Positions 11,474-22,024 of a stretch of DNA of 64,000 nt are shown piece by piece. The stretch's first letter is position 1. Each line of letters opens with the position of its first letter. Source of the DNA: Gammaproteobacteria bacterium (GTDB taxonomy: Bacteria; Pseudomonadota; Gammaproteobacteria; Pseudomonadales; Pseudomonadaceae); assembly GCA_018826895.1 (NCBI GenBank), contig JAHJYA010000108.1, positions 1,713-65,712 on the forward strand, read 5' to 3'. The position numbers and the translations under genes were made by a program. The notes below the pieces were generated by a model that saw only the letters and a program-made list of their open reading frames with translations, had not been told where the DNA came from and ran no database searches.

Positions 11474-12031
11474 ATGAAATTCTGCAGCCAGTGCGGCAGC
11501 CCCGTCAGCCAGTCGATCCCCAAGGGAGACAACCGGCTGCGTCATGTCTGCAACCAATGCGCGACCATCCACTACGAGAACCCACGCATCGTCGCCGGCT
11601 GCTTACCGGTATGGCGTGATCAGGTACTGCTGTGCCGCCGCGCCATTGAGCCGCGCCGAGGCTACTGGACCCTGCCCGCCGGCTTTATGGAAAACGGCGA
11701 GACCATCGAACAGGCCGCCGCCCGTGAAACCCACGAGGAAGCCTGCGCACGAGTGCAGGCGCTGAGCCTGTACACGCTCTTCGACCTGCCGCACATCAAC
11801 CAGGTGTACATGATCTTTCGCGCCGAGCTGGTCGACCTGGATTTCGCCGCGGGGGAAGAGAGCCTGGAGGTGCGCCTGTTCGAGGAGCATGAAATTCCCT
11901 GGCGCGAGCTGGCCTTCCCCACTATCGGCCGAACCCTGGAATGCTACTTTGCCGACCGCCCACACCAGCACTACCCCGTGCGCAACGAACCGCTGGCTGC
12001 GCTGCGCGCCCACAGCAACGTCCCCCTCTGA
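11474..12031 (+). CDS. Nudix hydrolase with N-terminal zinc ribbon
   Basis: MKFCSQCG..CNQC, LPAGFMENGE...AARETHEE; RBS GAGG before ATG 11474. Confidence 0.92.
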   Translation: MKFCSQCGSPVSQSIPKGDNRLRHVCNQCATIHYENPRIVAGCLPVWRDQVLLCRRAIEPRRGYWTLPAGFMENGETIEQAAARETHEEACARVQALSLYTLFDLPHINQVYMIFRAELVDLDFAAGEESLEVRLFEEHEIPWRELAFPTIGRTLECYFADRPHQHYPVRNEPLAALRAHSNVPL

Positions 12032-12045
12032 TCGGAATCGCGTCA

Positions 12046-12540
12046 ATGCGCTGGCTGCTTGCCCTGCTCTGCCTCACCCTGACCCCGGTAGCTATCGCCA
12101 GTAGCCCGACCACCCCGCCGATCGACAAGGTCCTGGTGATCAAGTCCGAGCGCGTGCTGCACCTGATCCACGCCGACCAGCCGGTTAAATCCTACCGGGT
12201 CTCGCTGGGCAAACAGCCCACCGGCGCCAAACAGCGCGAGGGCGACCTGCGCACCCCGGAAGGCTATTACTGGATCGACTGGCGCAAACCGAGCGACAAC
12301 TATCAGCTGTCGCTGCATATCTCCTACCCCAACGCCCGCGATCAGGCGCGGGCCAAGGCCGAAGGCGTACCGCCGGGCGGCATGATCATGATTCACGGCA
12401 CCCCGGTGGACGAGGAATACCCCGAGTGGTTCTTCCACACCCTGGACTGGACCGAAGGCTGCATCGCCATGAAGAACGCCGACATGCGCGAAGTCTGGTC
12501 GCTGGTCAAGGATGGCACGCTGATCGAGATTCGCCCCTGA
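12046..12540 (+). CDS. L,D-transpeptidase family (YkuD-like) protein
   Basis: Signal peptide, EGDLRTPEG, IMIHG...WTEGCIA catalytic His/Cys. Confidence 0.9.
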   Translation: MRWLLALLCLTLTPVAIASSPTTPPIDKVLVIKSERVLHLIHADQPVKSYRVSLGKQPTGAKQREGDLRTPEGYYWIDWRKPSDNYQLSLHISYPNARDQARAKAEGVPPGGMIMIHGTPVDEEYPEWFFHTLDWTEGCIAMKNADMREVWSLVKDGTLIEIRP

Positions 12541-12577
12541 CGGGGCTGGCGCATCAGGGACGATGCGCCGGGCAGAC

Positions 12578-13690
12578 TTACACCAGAGTCATCAAAGCTT
12601 CGCGACTGAAGGGCTTGATGTCCTGCTCGCGGCCATCGCGTACCTTGACCGCCCAATCCGGGTCGACCAGCAGCGCGCGACCGACTGCCACCAGGTCGAA
12701 CTCCTCACGGTTCAAGCGCTCCAGCAGGTTCTCCAGGCTTGCCGGCTCAGCCACCTTGTCGGTGTTGACCATAAACTGCAGGAACTCGCCATCCAGGCCA
12801 ACACTGCCCACGGTGATGGTCGGTTTGCCGGTCAGTTTGCGCGTCCAGCCAGCCAGGTTAAGGTCCGAACCCTCGAACTCCGGCTCCCAGAAACGCCGCG
12901 TGGAGCAATGGAAAATATCCACCCCGGCATCGGCAAGCGGCTTAAGGAAAGCGCCCAGGGCTTCCGGGGTTTCCACCAGGCGGGCGCTGTAGTCCTGCTG
13001 CTTCCACTGGGAAAAGCGCAAGATGACCGGGAAGTCCGGGCCAACCGCAGCCCGCACGGCCTGCACCAGCTCGATGGCGAAGCGTGAGCGCTGGGCCAGG
13101 TCGCCGCCGTATTCGTCCGTGCGCTGGTTGCTGCCGGCCCAGAAAAACTGGTCGACCAGGTAGCCGTGGGCGCCGTGGATTTCCACGCCGTCCATACCGA
13201 TGGCCTGGGCATCCTTGGCCGCCTGGGCGAATGCAGCGATGACCTCGTCGATGTCGGCTTTGCTCATGCCGTGCACCACCACCTGACCATCCTTGAGCTT
13301 TTCGCACGGGCCGTAGCCAGGCACGCTGGCATCCGGTTCGGTGCCCAGTTTGCGCACATTGCCCACGTGCCACAGCTGCGGAACGATCTTGCCGCCTGCG
13401 GCGTGCACCGCATCGACCACTTGCTTCCAGCCAGCCAGGGCGTCGTCACCGTAAAAACGCGGCACATTCGGGTAACCATTGGCCGCTTTGTGGCCCACGG
13501 TGGTGCCTTCGCTGACGATCAGGCCAACGCCTGCTGCTGCGCGGCGGCGGTAGTACTCAACGACCTTGGCATTGGGCACACCACCGGGCGAGAACGAACG
13601 CGTCATAGGCGCCATCACCACACGGGTTGGCAGGCTCAAGGTGCCCAGGTTGAACGGCTGGAACAGGGCTTTTACCGGGTCAGTCATCAT
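12578..13690 (-). CDS. NADH:flavin oxidoreductase (old yellow enzyme family)
   Basis: VMAPMTR, PQLWHVG, EIHGAHGYL, NQRTDEYGG; start ATG 13690 or 13687. Confidence 0.93.
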   Translation of the reverse strand: MMTDPVKALFQPFNLGTLSLPTRVVMAPMTRSFSPGGVPNAKVVEYYRRRAAAGVGLIVSEGTTVGHKAANGYPNVPRFYGDDALAGWKQVVDAVHAAGGKIVPQLWHVGNVRKLGTEPDASVPGYGPCEKLKDGQVVVHGMSKADIDEVIAAFAQAAKDAQAIGMDGVEIHGAHGYLVDQFFWAGSNQRTDEYGGDLAQRSRFAIELVQAVRAAVGPDFPVILRFSQWKQQDYSARLVETPEALGAFLKPLADAGVDIFHCSTRRFWEPEFEGSDLNLAGWTRKLTGKPTITVGSVGLDGEFLQFMVNTDKVAEPASLENLLERLNREEFDLVAVGRALLVDPDWAVKVRDGREQDIKPFSREALMTLV

Positions 13691-13956
13691 CAGTCCTCTC
13701 GCCAGCCAGCAGGCCGGTCGTCTCGTCGATGGGGCATGTGCACGCAACCAGGCGGCCGCGAAGGCCGGCTGTGATCAGCACATAATAGGCAGGGGATCGC
13801 CGTTCATGACGCGAGAGGATAGGGCCGCAGCACTGGCTGCGCCCAGCACTATTGATAGCAGTGATCGACGGACAGAAGCTCGACTGGCGACAGCCATCCA
13901 TGACACAGGTGCCTGGATTCGCCCGCAAGGTGCAGGCGAACGGCGCTCTGTTTAAC

Positions 13957-14439
13957 TCAGCCGAGGGCTTTTTCGATGGCCTGGATCAGCGCCGGGTCTT
14001 CCGGAGTAGTGCGCGGCGAGAAACGCGCCAGCACTCGCCCGTCCTGACCGACGAGAAACTTTTCGAAGTTCCAGGTGATGTCGCCAGGAAACTCCGCGCC
14101 CTCGCCTGCCAGCAGGCGATACAGCGGATGACGCCCGGGGCCGTTGACCTCCAGCTTGCTGCTCAACGGGAAGCTGACCCCGTAATTGAGGCTGCAGAAG
14201 GCCTGGATTGCCTCCTCGCTGTCCGGCTCCTGGCCAGCGAACTGGTTGCACGGCAGGCCGAGTACGCTGAAACCCTGGTCACGGTATTGCTGGTGGAGCT
14301 TTTCCAGACCGGCATACTGGGGCGTCAGACCGCACTTGGACGCCACGTTGACCACCAGCAACACCTGCCCCTTGAAGGGTGCGAGAGGCAGATCCTGGCC
14401 ATCCAGCGCACGCAGATTGAGGTCGTGAAAGGCACTCAT
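13957..14439 (-). CDS. Glutathione peroxidase (Cys type)
   Basis: VNVASKCGLTPQY, PCNQF, WNFEKFL; start ATG 14439. Confidence 0.95.
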   Translation of the reverse strand: MSAFHDLNLRALDGQDLPLAPFKGQVLLVVNVASKCGLTPQYAGLEKLHQQYRDQGFSVLGLPCNQFAGQEPDSEEAIQAFCSLNYGVSFPLSSKLEVNGPGRHPLYRLLAGEGAEFPGDITWNFEKFLVGQDGRVLARFSPRTTPEDPALIQAIEKALG

Positions 14440-14481
14440 GATGAAACTCCTTGGAAAACAGCAGCTCTCGACGCGACGGAC

Positions 14482-14509
14482 AAAAAAGGCGCCTATCAAA
14501 GGCGCCTTT
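14482..14509 (-). terminator. Intrinsic terminator after slyD
   Basis: Minus strand AAAGGCGCCT-TTGAT-AGGCGCCTTTTTT. Confidence 0.75.
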
Positions 14510-14589
14510 CGCTTACGTCATACTAGCAGCCGGCTGCGCAGTTGCGACGACCATAAGTCGTCTTGCGAGCGTGGCATAGCGTCACTGAA

Positions 14590-15075
14590 TCAATGGTGGT
14601 GACCGCCTTCGCCATGGATGTGGCCATGGGCGATTTCTTCGGCGCTGGCGTCACGTACATCGACGACCTTGACCTTGAAGTTCAGACGCTGACCGGCCAG
14701 CGGGTGGTTGCCGTCGACGATCACGTCGTCGCCGTCCAGGTCACGAATGGTGACGATCTGCATGCTGCCGTCCGGGCCGGAGGCGTGGAACTGCATGCCC
14801 ACTTCCAGCTCGTCGACACCTTCGAACATCGAACGATTGAGAGTCGCGACCAGCTCGGCGCTGTATTCGCCGTAAGCTTCTTCCGGCTCGACAGAAACAT
14901 CCAACTCGTCACCCGCCTGCTTGCCGAGCAGGGCTTTTTCCAGGCCGCCGATGATGTTGCCGGCGCCTTGCAGGTAAACCAGCGGCGCACCGCCAGCGGA
15001 ACTATCGATCACCTCACCGGCATCGTTGGTCAGGGTATAGTCGATGGAGACGGCCTTATTGGCGGCGATCAGCAT
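14590..15075 (-). CDS. slyD: FKBP-type peptidyl-prolyl isomerase SlyD
   Basis: VSIDYTL, PEEAYG, DGNHPLAG, His-rich tail; start ATG 15075. Confidence 0.93.
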   Translation of the reverse strand: MLIAANKAVSIDYTLTNDAGEVIDSSAGGAPLVYLQGAGNIIGGLEKALLGKQAGDELDVSVEPEEAYGEYSAELVATLNRSMFEGVDELEVGMQFHASGPDGSMQIVTIRDLDGDDVIVDGNHPLAGQRLNFKVKVVDVRDASAEEIAHGHIHGEGGHHH

Positions 15076-15184
15076 GGGGCAGGACCTTTTGCTCGAAAAT
15101 AATGAGTTGGCCAGTTTAACCAAGGGTGCGCCCGAAAGCGAACCTGACGCAGACGGACGGCCTACGCCAGACACAGCTGCAACT

Positions 15185-15391
15185 GTGCGCCTGCTTGACT
15201 TCCGTCAGGACGAAGAGGGCCACTGGGTGGCAATCTTGTCCTGTGGCCACACCCAACACCTGCGTCACCAGCCACCCTGGCAGAACCGCACCTGGGTTCT
15301 CGACCCCGGCCGACGCCAGGCTGCGCGCGGTCGCCCATTCACCTGCGGCTGGTGCGCGCAGGACAGCACGTTATCCACTAAGGAGCCCTAA
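15185..15391 (+). CDS. DUF3565 family small Cys/His protein
   Basis: [27 protein letters not shown]...CGWC; stop overlaps ackA start (TAATG). Start uncertain: in-frame GTG 15185 chosen over ATG 15074. Confidence 0.7.
   Translation: MRLLDFRQDEEGHWVAILSCGHTQHLRHQPPWQNRTWVLDPGRRQAARGRPFTCGWCAQDSTLSTKEP
15195..15236 (+). promoter_or_regulatory. Predicted Anr/Fnr box and class II promoter for ackA-pta
   Basis: TTGAC-TTCC-GTCAG at 15195-15208; TGgCAATCT extended -10 at 15228-15236. Confidence 0.65.
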
Positions 15392-16578
15392 TGCCTGCAC
15401 GCACGATTCTGGTGATCAACTGTGGGAGTTCATCGATCAAGTTTGCCCTGGTCGCCGCCCAACCCGGCCCATTCATTCTCAGCGGCCTGGCTGAACGCCT
15501 GGGCAGCCCGACGGCGGTGCTGCACTGGCAACAGGACGGCCAGCAACACAGTGAAGCGCTGCATGGCGGCGATCATCGCGCCGCCCTCGCGGCCCTGCTG
15601 CCGCGGGTTCAGGCAGCCAGCGCAGGCAGCTTGCTGGGCATCGGCCACCGTGTGGTGCATGGCGGTGAACACTTTACCCAGGCCTGCCGCCTGGACGCTG
15701 AGGTGATCGCCTCGATCCGCGCCATTGCGCCGCTGGCACCGTTGCACAACCCGGCCAGCCTGCAGGGCATCGAAGCCGCATTGGCGGTGTACCCGCAGTT
15801 GCCGCAGGTGGCGGTATTCGACACTGCCTTTCATCAGACCCTTCCCGAACACGCCTACCGCTACGCCTTGCCGGAATCGCTGTACCGCGAGCATGGCGTG
15901 CGACGCTACGGCTTCCACGGCACCAGCCATCGCTATGTCAGCCAGCAGGCCGCGCAACTGGCCGGGCTGGCCGCTGAACACAGCAGTTGGCTGATCGCCC
16001 ACCTGGGTAATGGCTGCTCGACCTGCGCGGTAGTCAACGGCCAGAGCCGCGACACCAGCATGGGCCTGACCCCGCTCGAAGGGCTGGTGATGGGCACTCG
16101 CAGTGGCGACGTCGATCCCAACCTGCATGGCCACTTGTCCCGCACCCTCGGCTGGAGCCTGGCGCGTATCGACGCCATGCTCAATCAGGAAAGCGGCTTG
16201 CTCGGCCTCTCCGGGCTGTCCAATGACATGCGCACCCTGGAGCAAGCGCGGGCTGATGGGCATAGCGGCGCCACCCTGGCCATTGAGGTGTTCTGCTACC
16301 GCCTGGCCAAATCCCTCGCAGCCATGGCCTGCGCGCTGCCGCAGCTAGATGGTCTGATCTTTACCGGCGGGATTGGTGAGCACTCACCGCTGATCCGCGC
16401 CACCACCGTGGCCCACCTCAAGCTGCTCGGTCTGGCCCTCGACGAGCCTGCTAACCAGCGCACCCGTGGTGGCGCCAGTGGGCCGATTCACGCCCCCGGC
16501 TCACCACGCGTGCTGGTGGTCCCGACCAATGAAGAACGCCAGATTGCCCTCGACACCCTCGCCCTGCTCTCGGCCTGA
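15391..16578 (+). CDS. ackA: Acetate kinase
   Basis: [38 protein letters not shown]. Confidence 0.98.
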   Translation: MPARTILVINCGSSSIKFALVAAQPGPFILSGLAERLGSPTAVLHWQQDGQQHSEALHGGDHRAALAALLPRVQAASAGSLLGIGHRVVHGGEHFTQACRLDAEVIASIRAIAPLAPLHNPASLQGIEAALAVYPQLPQVAVFDTAFHQTLPEHAYRYALPESLYREHGVRRYGFHGTSHRYVSQQAAQLAGLAAEHSSWLIAHLGNGCSTCAVVNGQSRDTSMGLTPLEGLVMGTRSGDVDPNLHGHLSRTLGWSLARIDAMLNQESGLLGLSGLSNDMRTLEQARADGHSGATLAIEVFCYRLAKSLAAMACALPQLDGLIFTGGIGEHSPLIRATTVAHLKLLGLALDEPANQRTRGGASGPIHAPGSPRVLVVPTNEERQIALDTLALLSA

Positions 16579-16593
16579 TCATAAGGAAGTCCC

Positions 16594-18699
16594 ATGCACA
16601 CGTTCTTCATCGCGCCCACCGGCTTCGGCGTCGGCCTCACGTCCATCAGTCTGGGCATGGTCGGCGCCCTGCAGCGCGCCGGGCTCAAGGTTGGTTTCCT
16701 CAAGCCGATCGCCCAGCCGCACCCTGGCGACCTCGGCCCCGAGCGCTCCAGTGAGCTGATCGCCCGTACTCATGACCTGCATTCGCCGCGCCCCCTGGCT
16801 CTGCCCCATGTCGAGCGTCTGCTGGGCGACGGTGACCTGGATGCGCTGCTCGAAGAAATCATCAGCCAGTACCAGGAAGCCGCCCGCGACAAAGACGTGG
16901 TCATCGTCGAAGGCATGGTACCAACGCGCCAGGCCAGCTACGCCGCGCGGGTCAACGTGCACCTGGCCAAGAGTCTGGATGCTGACGTGATTCTGGTCTC
17001 TGCGCCCGAACAGGAAAGCCTCAACGAACTGGCCGATCGAGTGGATATTCAGGCTCAGCTGTTCGGCGGACCGAAAGATCCCAAGGTGCTCGGCGTGATC
17101 CTCAACAAGGTGCGCAGTGAAGACGGCACCGAGGCCTTCGCGGCGCGCCTGCGCGAACACTCGCCACTGCTGCGGCGGGACGACTTTCGCCTGCTTGGCT
17201 GCATCCCCTGGCTGGAAGAACTGAATGCCCCGCGCACCCGCGACATTGCCGACCTGCTCGGCGCGCGGGTGCTCAATGCGGGCGACTACGACCAGCGGCG
17301 CATGCTCAAGATCGTCCTCTGCGCCCGTGCCGTGGCCAACACCGTACAGTTGCTCAAGCCCGGAACCCTGGTGGTCACCCCCGGCGACCGTGACGACATC
17401 ATCCTCGCTGCCAGCCTCGCGGCGATGAACGGCACGCCACTGGCCGGTCTGCTGCTGTGCAGCGATTTCCTGCCAGACCCGCGCATCATGGAACTGTGCC
17501 GTGGCGCCCTGCAGACCGGCCTGCCAGTGATGACCGTGGCCACCGGCTCCTACGACACCGCCACCCACCTGAACCGGCTGAACAAGGAAATCCCGGTCGA
17601 CGACACCGAGCGCGCATTCAAGGTGGCCGACCATGTGGCTGGACACCTCGATCACGACTGGCTGAGCGCCCGCTGCGACACACCGCGCGAGCTGCACCTG
17701 TCGCCGCCAGCGTTCCGCTACCAACTGGTGCAACGCGCCAAGGCGGCGAACAAGCGCATCGTCCTGCCCGAAGGCAGCGAGCCACGCACCGTGCAGGCGG
17801 CCGCTATCTGCCAGGCCCGCGGGATCGCCCGCTGCGTACTGCTGGCCAAGCCCGAAGCGGTGCTCGCCGTGGCCAAGGCCCAGGGCATCGAGCTGCCGCC
17901 AGGCCTGGAAATTCTCGACCCGGACCTGATCCGCTCGCGCTATGTCGAGCCCATGGTCGCCCTGCGCAAGGGCAAGGGGCTGAATGGGCCCGTGGCCCTG
18001 GCCCAGCTCGAAGACACCGTGGTTCTGGGCACCATGATGCTGGCCCTGGATGAGGTCGACGGCCTGGTCTCCGGGGCCATCCACACCACCGCCAACACCA
18101 TTCGCCCGGCGCTGCAATTGATCAAGACTGCGCCCGGCTACAACCTGGTGTCGTCGGTGTTCTTCATGCTGCTGCCGGACCAGGTGGTGGTCTACGGCGA
18201 CTGCGCGGTCAACCCCGACCCCAGCGCTGCAGAGCTGGCAGAAATCGCCCTGCAGAGCGCTGCCTCGGCCCAGGCCTTCGGCATCGAACCGCGGGTCGCC
18301 ATGCTCAGCTATTCCACCGGAGACTCGGGCAGCGGCGAAGAAGTGGAGAAGGTTCGCGAAGCCACGCGCCTGGCCCGCGCCCTGGCGCCCACGCTGCTGT
18401 TGGACGGCCCGCTGCAATACGATGCCGCGGCCATCGATAGCGTCGGCCAGCAGAAGGCGCCAGGCAGCCCGGTGGCCGGGCGCGCCACCGTATTCGTGTT
18501 CCCCGACCTGAATACCGGCAACACCACCTACAAGGCGGTGCAGCGCAGTGCCGACTGCGTCAGTGTGGGGCCGATGCTGCAGGGCCTACGCAAACCGGTG
18601 AACGACCTGTCGCGCGGCGCTCTGGTCGATGACATTGTCTACACCATCGCCCTGACTGCCATTCAGGCGGCCAATCCACCCGCAACAACAGCACAGTAA
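16594..18699 (+). CDS. pta: Phosphate acetyltransferase (long form)
   Basis: N-terminal P-loop-like and DRTGG domains, RIVLPEG, DGPLQYDAA, DLSRG. Confidence 0.98.
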   Translation: MHTFFIAPTGFGVGLTSISLGMVGALQRAGLKVGFLKPIAQPHPGDLGPERSSELIARTHDLHSPRPLALPHVERLLGDGDLDALLEEIISQYQEAARDKDVVIVEGMVPTRQASYAARVNVHLAKSLDADVILVSAPEQESLNELADRVDIQAQLFGGPKDPKVLGVILNKVRSEDGTEAFAARLREHSPLLRRDDFRLLGCIPWLEELNAPRTRDIADLLGARVLNAGDYDQRRMLKIVLCARAVANTVQLLKPGTLVVTPGDRDDIILAASLAAMNGTPLAGLLLCSDFLPDPRIMELCRGALQTGLPVMTVATGSYDTATHLNRLNKEIPVDDTERAFKVADHVAGHLDHDWLSARCDTPRELHLSPPAFRYQLVQRAKAANKRIVLPEGSEPRTVQAAAICQARGIARCVLLAKPEAVLAVAKAQGIELPPGLEILDPDLIRSRYVEPMVALRKGKGLNGPVALAQLEDTVVLGTMMLALDEVDGLVSGAIHTTANTIRPALQLIKTAPGYNLVSSVFFMLLPDQVVVYGDCAVNPDPSAAELAEIALQSAASAQAFGIEPRVAMLSYSTGDSGSGEEVEKVREATRLARALAPTLLLDGPLQYDAAAIDSVGQQKAPGSPVAGRATVFVFPDLNTGNTTYKAVQRSADCVSVGPMLQGLRKPVNDLSRGALVDDIVYTIALTAIQAANPPATTAQ

Positions 18700-18892
18700 T
18701 GGGGCAATAGGCGCCGATTGGCCGCGATCATCAGGGTTAAGCGGGGCTTGCAGTTCGTTGCACAACCGCTAACCTGTGCGCCGACCGACCTGCCCGGAGC
18801 AGGTCCCTGATGAGCTGCGCCCTTGTGCGTTCGACTGCTACCCCGGTGTGACGGTCGAGCGCTGGCGCCCTGTTTCGGAGGCAACAGCCACC

Positions 18893-19807
18893 ATGCTGCA
18901 TGTTCTGCCCGCGCCCCTGAGAGGCGTTATCGGCGCCAGCCTGTTGGCCCTCAACACGCTGTTCTGGTGCTGCCCGTTGTTCGCCGTGACGCTGCTCAAG
19001 GTGTGCCTGCCCTTCCCAGCGGCGCAGCGCGCCTGCGCGGCGGTGATGAACGTGGTTCACGAGGGCTGGATCAGCTGCAACAAAGTCTGGATGAAGGGGC
19101 TGGGGCGTACGCGCTGGCATGTCGAAGGGCTCGACACGCTGGACTACCAGCACAGCTACCTGGTCACCAGTAACCACCAGAGCTGGGTCGATATTCTGGT
19201 GCTGCAGTACCTGATGAACCGCCGCGTGCGGCCGCTGAAATTCTTCCTCAAGCAGGAGCTGATCTGGGTACCCGTGATTGGCCTGTGCTGGTGGGCCCTG
19301 GGCTTCCCGTTCATGAAGCGCTACAGCAAGGCCTACCTGGCTCGCCACCCGGAGAAGAAAGGCCAGGACCTGCTAACCACCCAACGCACCTGCGCGCGTT
19401 TTCGCGGCACCTCGGTGGGCATTTTCAACTTTCTCGAGGGGACGCGTTTCACCCACGCCAAGCATGCCGAACAGCAGTCACCCTACCGCTACCTGCTCAA
19501 GCCCAAGGCCGGGGGCATTGCCTTCGTACTCGATGCCATGGGTGATCAGTTGCACCGTATCGTCAACGTCACCATCCACTATCCGGCAGGCAACCCCGGC
19601 TTCTGGGCGCTGCTCAGCGGCGAGGTCTCTGAGGTAGTGGTGAGGTTTCAAGCCTTGCCGATACCGGCGACCTTTCTTGGCCGCAACTACGACCAGGACA
19701 GCGAGTATCGCCAGGCCTTCCAACAGTGGGTTAACGAGCTCTGGGAAGCCAAGGACGCCGAACTGGCCGAGCTGCACGCTCGCTACCCAGCATCAACGCC
19801 GCGCTGA
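18893..19807 (+). CDS. Acyltransferase (PlsC/YihG-like)
   Basis: NHQSWVD (HxxxxD), FFLKQEL, FLEGTRF; start ATG 18893. Confidence 0.9.
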   Translation: MLHVLPAPLRGVIGASLLALNTLFWCCPLFAVTLLKVCLPFPAAQRACAAVMNVVHEGWISCNKVWMKGLGRTRWHVEGLDTLDYQHSYLVTSNHQSWVDILVLQYLMNRRVRPLKFFLKQELIWVPVIGLCWWALGFPFMKRYSKAYLARHPEKKGQDLLTTQRTCARFRGTSVGIFNFLEGTRFTHAKHAEQQSPYRYLLKPKAGGIAFVLDAMGDQLHRIVNVTIHYPAGNPGFWALLSGEVSEVVVRFQALPIPATFLGRNYDQDSEYRQAFQQWVNELWEAKDAELAELHARYPASTPR

Positions 19808-19818
19808 AGCATGGCCCG

Positions 19819-21954
19819 TTAGCCCACGTCCGTCAGCACGTTCCAGTCCAGTTGCGCGGGCAGCGCCAGTGCACGCTCGATGGGCAGCCCCGGGGCGACC
19901 AGGAAGCCCTGCATGATCGCGCACTGATGGGCCACCAGCCATTCGCGCTGGGCCTGGGTCTCCACCCCCTCGGCGATCACCTCCAAGCCCAAGTGCCGGC
20001 CCAGGTCGATGATGGTGCTGACAACCGCCGCGTCACGCGGCGAGTCGAGCATATTGGCAATGAACAGGCGGTCGATCTTCAGGGTGTCGAGCTCAAAATG
20101 CCGCAGGTAGGCCAGTGATGAATAGCCGGTCCCGAAATCATCAATGGCAATCAGCACCCCCAGCCGGCGTAGCTGGCCGAGCTGTTCGCGCGCTGCATCG
20201 ATATCCTGCATCAATGCACTTTCGGTGATTTCCACTTCCAGTTGGGCAGGCTGCAAGCCATAGGCTTCGAGCGCTTCACGCAGTAACTGGGCCAGGTTGG
20301 GCATGGCGAACTGCACGGGGCTGACGTTCAGACTGAGAATGATGTCGCTGCCAAATTGCTGCTGCATGCACGCCAATTGCTCGGCGCCCTTGCGAAAGAT
20401 CCAGGCACCCAGCCGGTTGATCAGGCGGGTTTCCTCAAGCAACGGGATAAACACGCCCGGGCCGATTTCGCCGGCCTGGCTGTGCTGCCAGCGCAACAGC
20501 GCCTCGAAACCGCGTAAGCGGCCGCTATCCAGGTAAACCTGAGGCTGGAACACCAGGCGAAACTCGTCTTGCTCGATGGCACAGCGCAAACTCTCTTCGA
20601 GCATTAGACGGGAGCGGGCACGGCCATTCATCTCCTGGGTGAAGAAACGATACTGCTGGCGCCCCGCACGCTTGGCCTCATACATGGCCATGTCGGCGGC
20701 ACGCAGCAAACCATCGACGGTCCTGCCGCATTCGGGAAAGCAGGCAATGCCGACGCTGGCACCGACAGTGAAATCAAGCCCCTCCACGCTGTGCCGTACG
20801 GCCAGGTGCTCCATCAGTTTTTCCGCAACCCGCGCGGCGTCTTCAGGATGATCCAGGTCATCAAGCAACGCGGTGAACTCATCACCGCCAATGCGCGCCA
20901 GCACATCGTACGGGCGCAGACTCGCGCGCAACTGCTCGCCCACCTGGCGCAATAGTTGGTCGCCCGCCTCATGCCCCAATGAGTCGTTAATGCGCTTGAA
21001 GCCATCCAGGTCCAGGTACAACACAGCCATACGCTGGCCCTGACGTTCGGTGCGGGCCAGGGCGTTAGCCAGCGCTTGGTGAAAGCCGCGGCGGTTGAGC
21101 AAGCCGGTGAGCGGATCGGTAATCGCCAGCGCTTCGAGCTGGGTATGCAGACAATGCACGACTGTCATGTCCTGGATAACCAACACCATCGCCTGACGCG
21201 GGCTGGGCAGCGGCGCACAGGACAGCGCTACCGGCACATGCTGCCCGTCGCAGGTTACCAGGCTGGTTTCATGCAGGCGGTACACCGTCTGTGCTCGCCA
21301 GTGCTGGTGAAACGCCGACTCGCGCCAGCCCTGAGCGCCCATTTCGGGCGGCAGACAGTCAACCAGAGAGCGCCCGAGCAACGCCTCCACCGGGTAACGC
21401 AACATCTGTGCGATGGCCGGGTTGGCGAACTGGATACCGCCGTCCTCGCCCACCACCAGAATGCCTTCGCCAGCATGTTCCAGAATCGAGGTACTGAACG
21501 CCCGCGCTTGCTCCAGCTGCTCGGTCAGGGCACGTAGTTCCTGACGATGGCGTGCGTGCTCGAGCAGCGAGCAGATCTTGTGGCGCAGCACACGGGTGTC
21601 GAAAGGCTTGAGCATGAAATCCACCGCACCGGTGGAATAGCCTTTGAGCACCGCGTCCTCGGTTTGCGCGATGGCCGACACAAAGATGATCGGTGTAAAA
21701 CGCGTGCGCGGGTTACCGCGCATCAGCCGCGCCACCTCGAAACCGTCCATGTGGGGCATTTGCACATCCAGCAGCACCAGCCCGACGTCCTCATCAAGCA
21801 GGCACTGCAGCGCTGCCTCGCCGGAGGCCACACAGCGCAACTGCCAGTCGCCCTGATCGAGCAGGGCCTGCATCGCTTCAAGATTTTCCTGGCGATCATC
21901 TACCACCAGCAGCACCTGCCGCCGAGCCTGACTGACCATCTGTACAACCGCCAT
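19819..21954 (-). CDS. Response regulator REC-PAS-GGDEF-EAL (CfcR-like)
   Basis: REC (VVDD, LLDVQMP, KP), PAS, intact GGDEF, intact EAL with EITES and DDFGTGYSS. Confidence 0.92.
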   Translation of the reverse strand: MAVVQMVSQARRQVLLVVDDRQENLEAMQALLDQGDWQLRCVASGEAALQCLLDEDVGLVLLDVQMPHMDGFEVARLMRGNPRTRFTPIIFVSAIAQTEDAVLKGYSTGAVDFMLKPFDTRVLRHKICSLLEHARHRQELRALTEQLEQARAFSTSILEHAGEGILVVGEDGGIQFANPAIAQMLRYPVEALLGRSLVDCLPPEMGAQGWRESAFHQHWRAQTVYRLHETSLVTCDGQHVPVALSCAPLPSPRQAMVLVIQDMTVVHCLHTQLEALAITDPLTGLLNRRGFHQALANALARTERQGQRMAVLYLDLDGFKRINDSLGHEAGDQLLRQVGEQLRASLRPYDVLARIGGDEFTALLDDLDHPEDAARVAEKLMEHLAVRHSVEGLDFTVGASVGIACFPECGRTVDGLLRAADMAMYEAKRAGRQQYRFFTQEMNGRARSRLMLEESLRCAIEQDEFRLVFQPQVYLDSGRLRGFEALLRWQHSQAGEIGPGVFIPLLEETRLINRLGAWIFRKGAEQLACMQQQFGSDIILSLNVSPVQFAMPNLAQLLREALEAYGLQPAQLEVEITESALMQDIDAAREQLGQLRRLGVLIAIDDFGTGYSSLAYLRHFELDTLKIDRLFIANMLDSPRDAAVVSTIIDLGRHLGLEVIAEGVETQAQREWLVAHQCAIMQGFLVAPGLPIERALALPAQLDWNVLTDVG

Positions 21955-22024
21955 GACGCACTCCTTGATTAATGCAGTGGCTTCTTCCCGAGCCTGCCGC
22001 AGAGCGTAGACCAGTTAACGCCGC

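Noticed and set aside
13957-14439. Possible selenocysteine glutathione peroxidase
   Set aside because: The active-site codon is TGC (Cys); no in-frame TGA
15044-15184. DUF3565 N-terminal extension sharing CATG with the slyD start on the opposite strand
   Set aside because: This stretch contains the likely slyD promoter and RBS (minus-strand TAAACT at 15114-15119) and no domain signal; probably not translated
16579-18417. 612-aa minus-strand ORF; similar ORFs at 57984-59246, 51754-52875 and 26900-28057
   Set aside because: Antisense shadows of pta, mqo, the chemoreceptor and the OmpA/MBL genes
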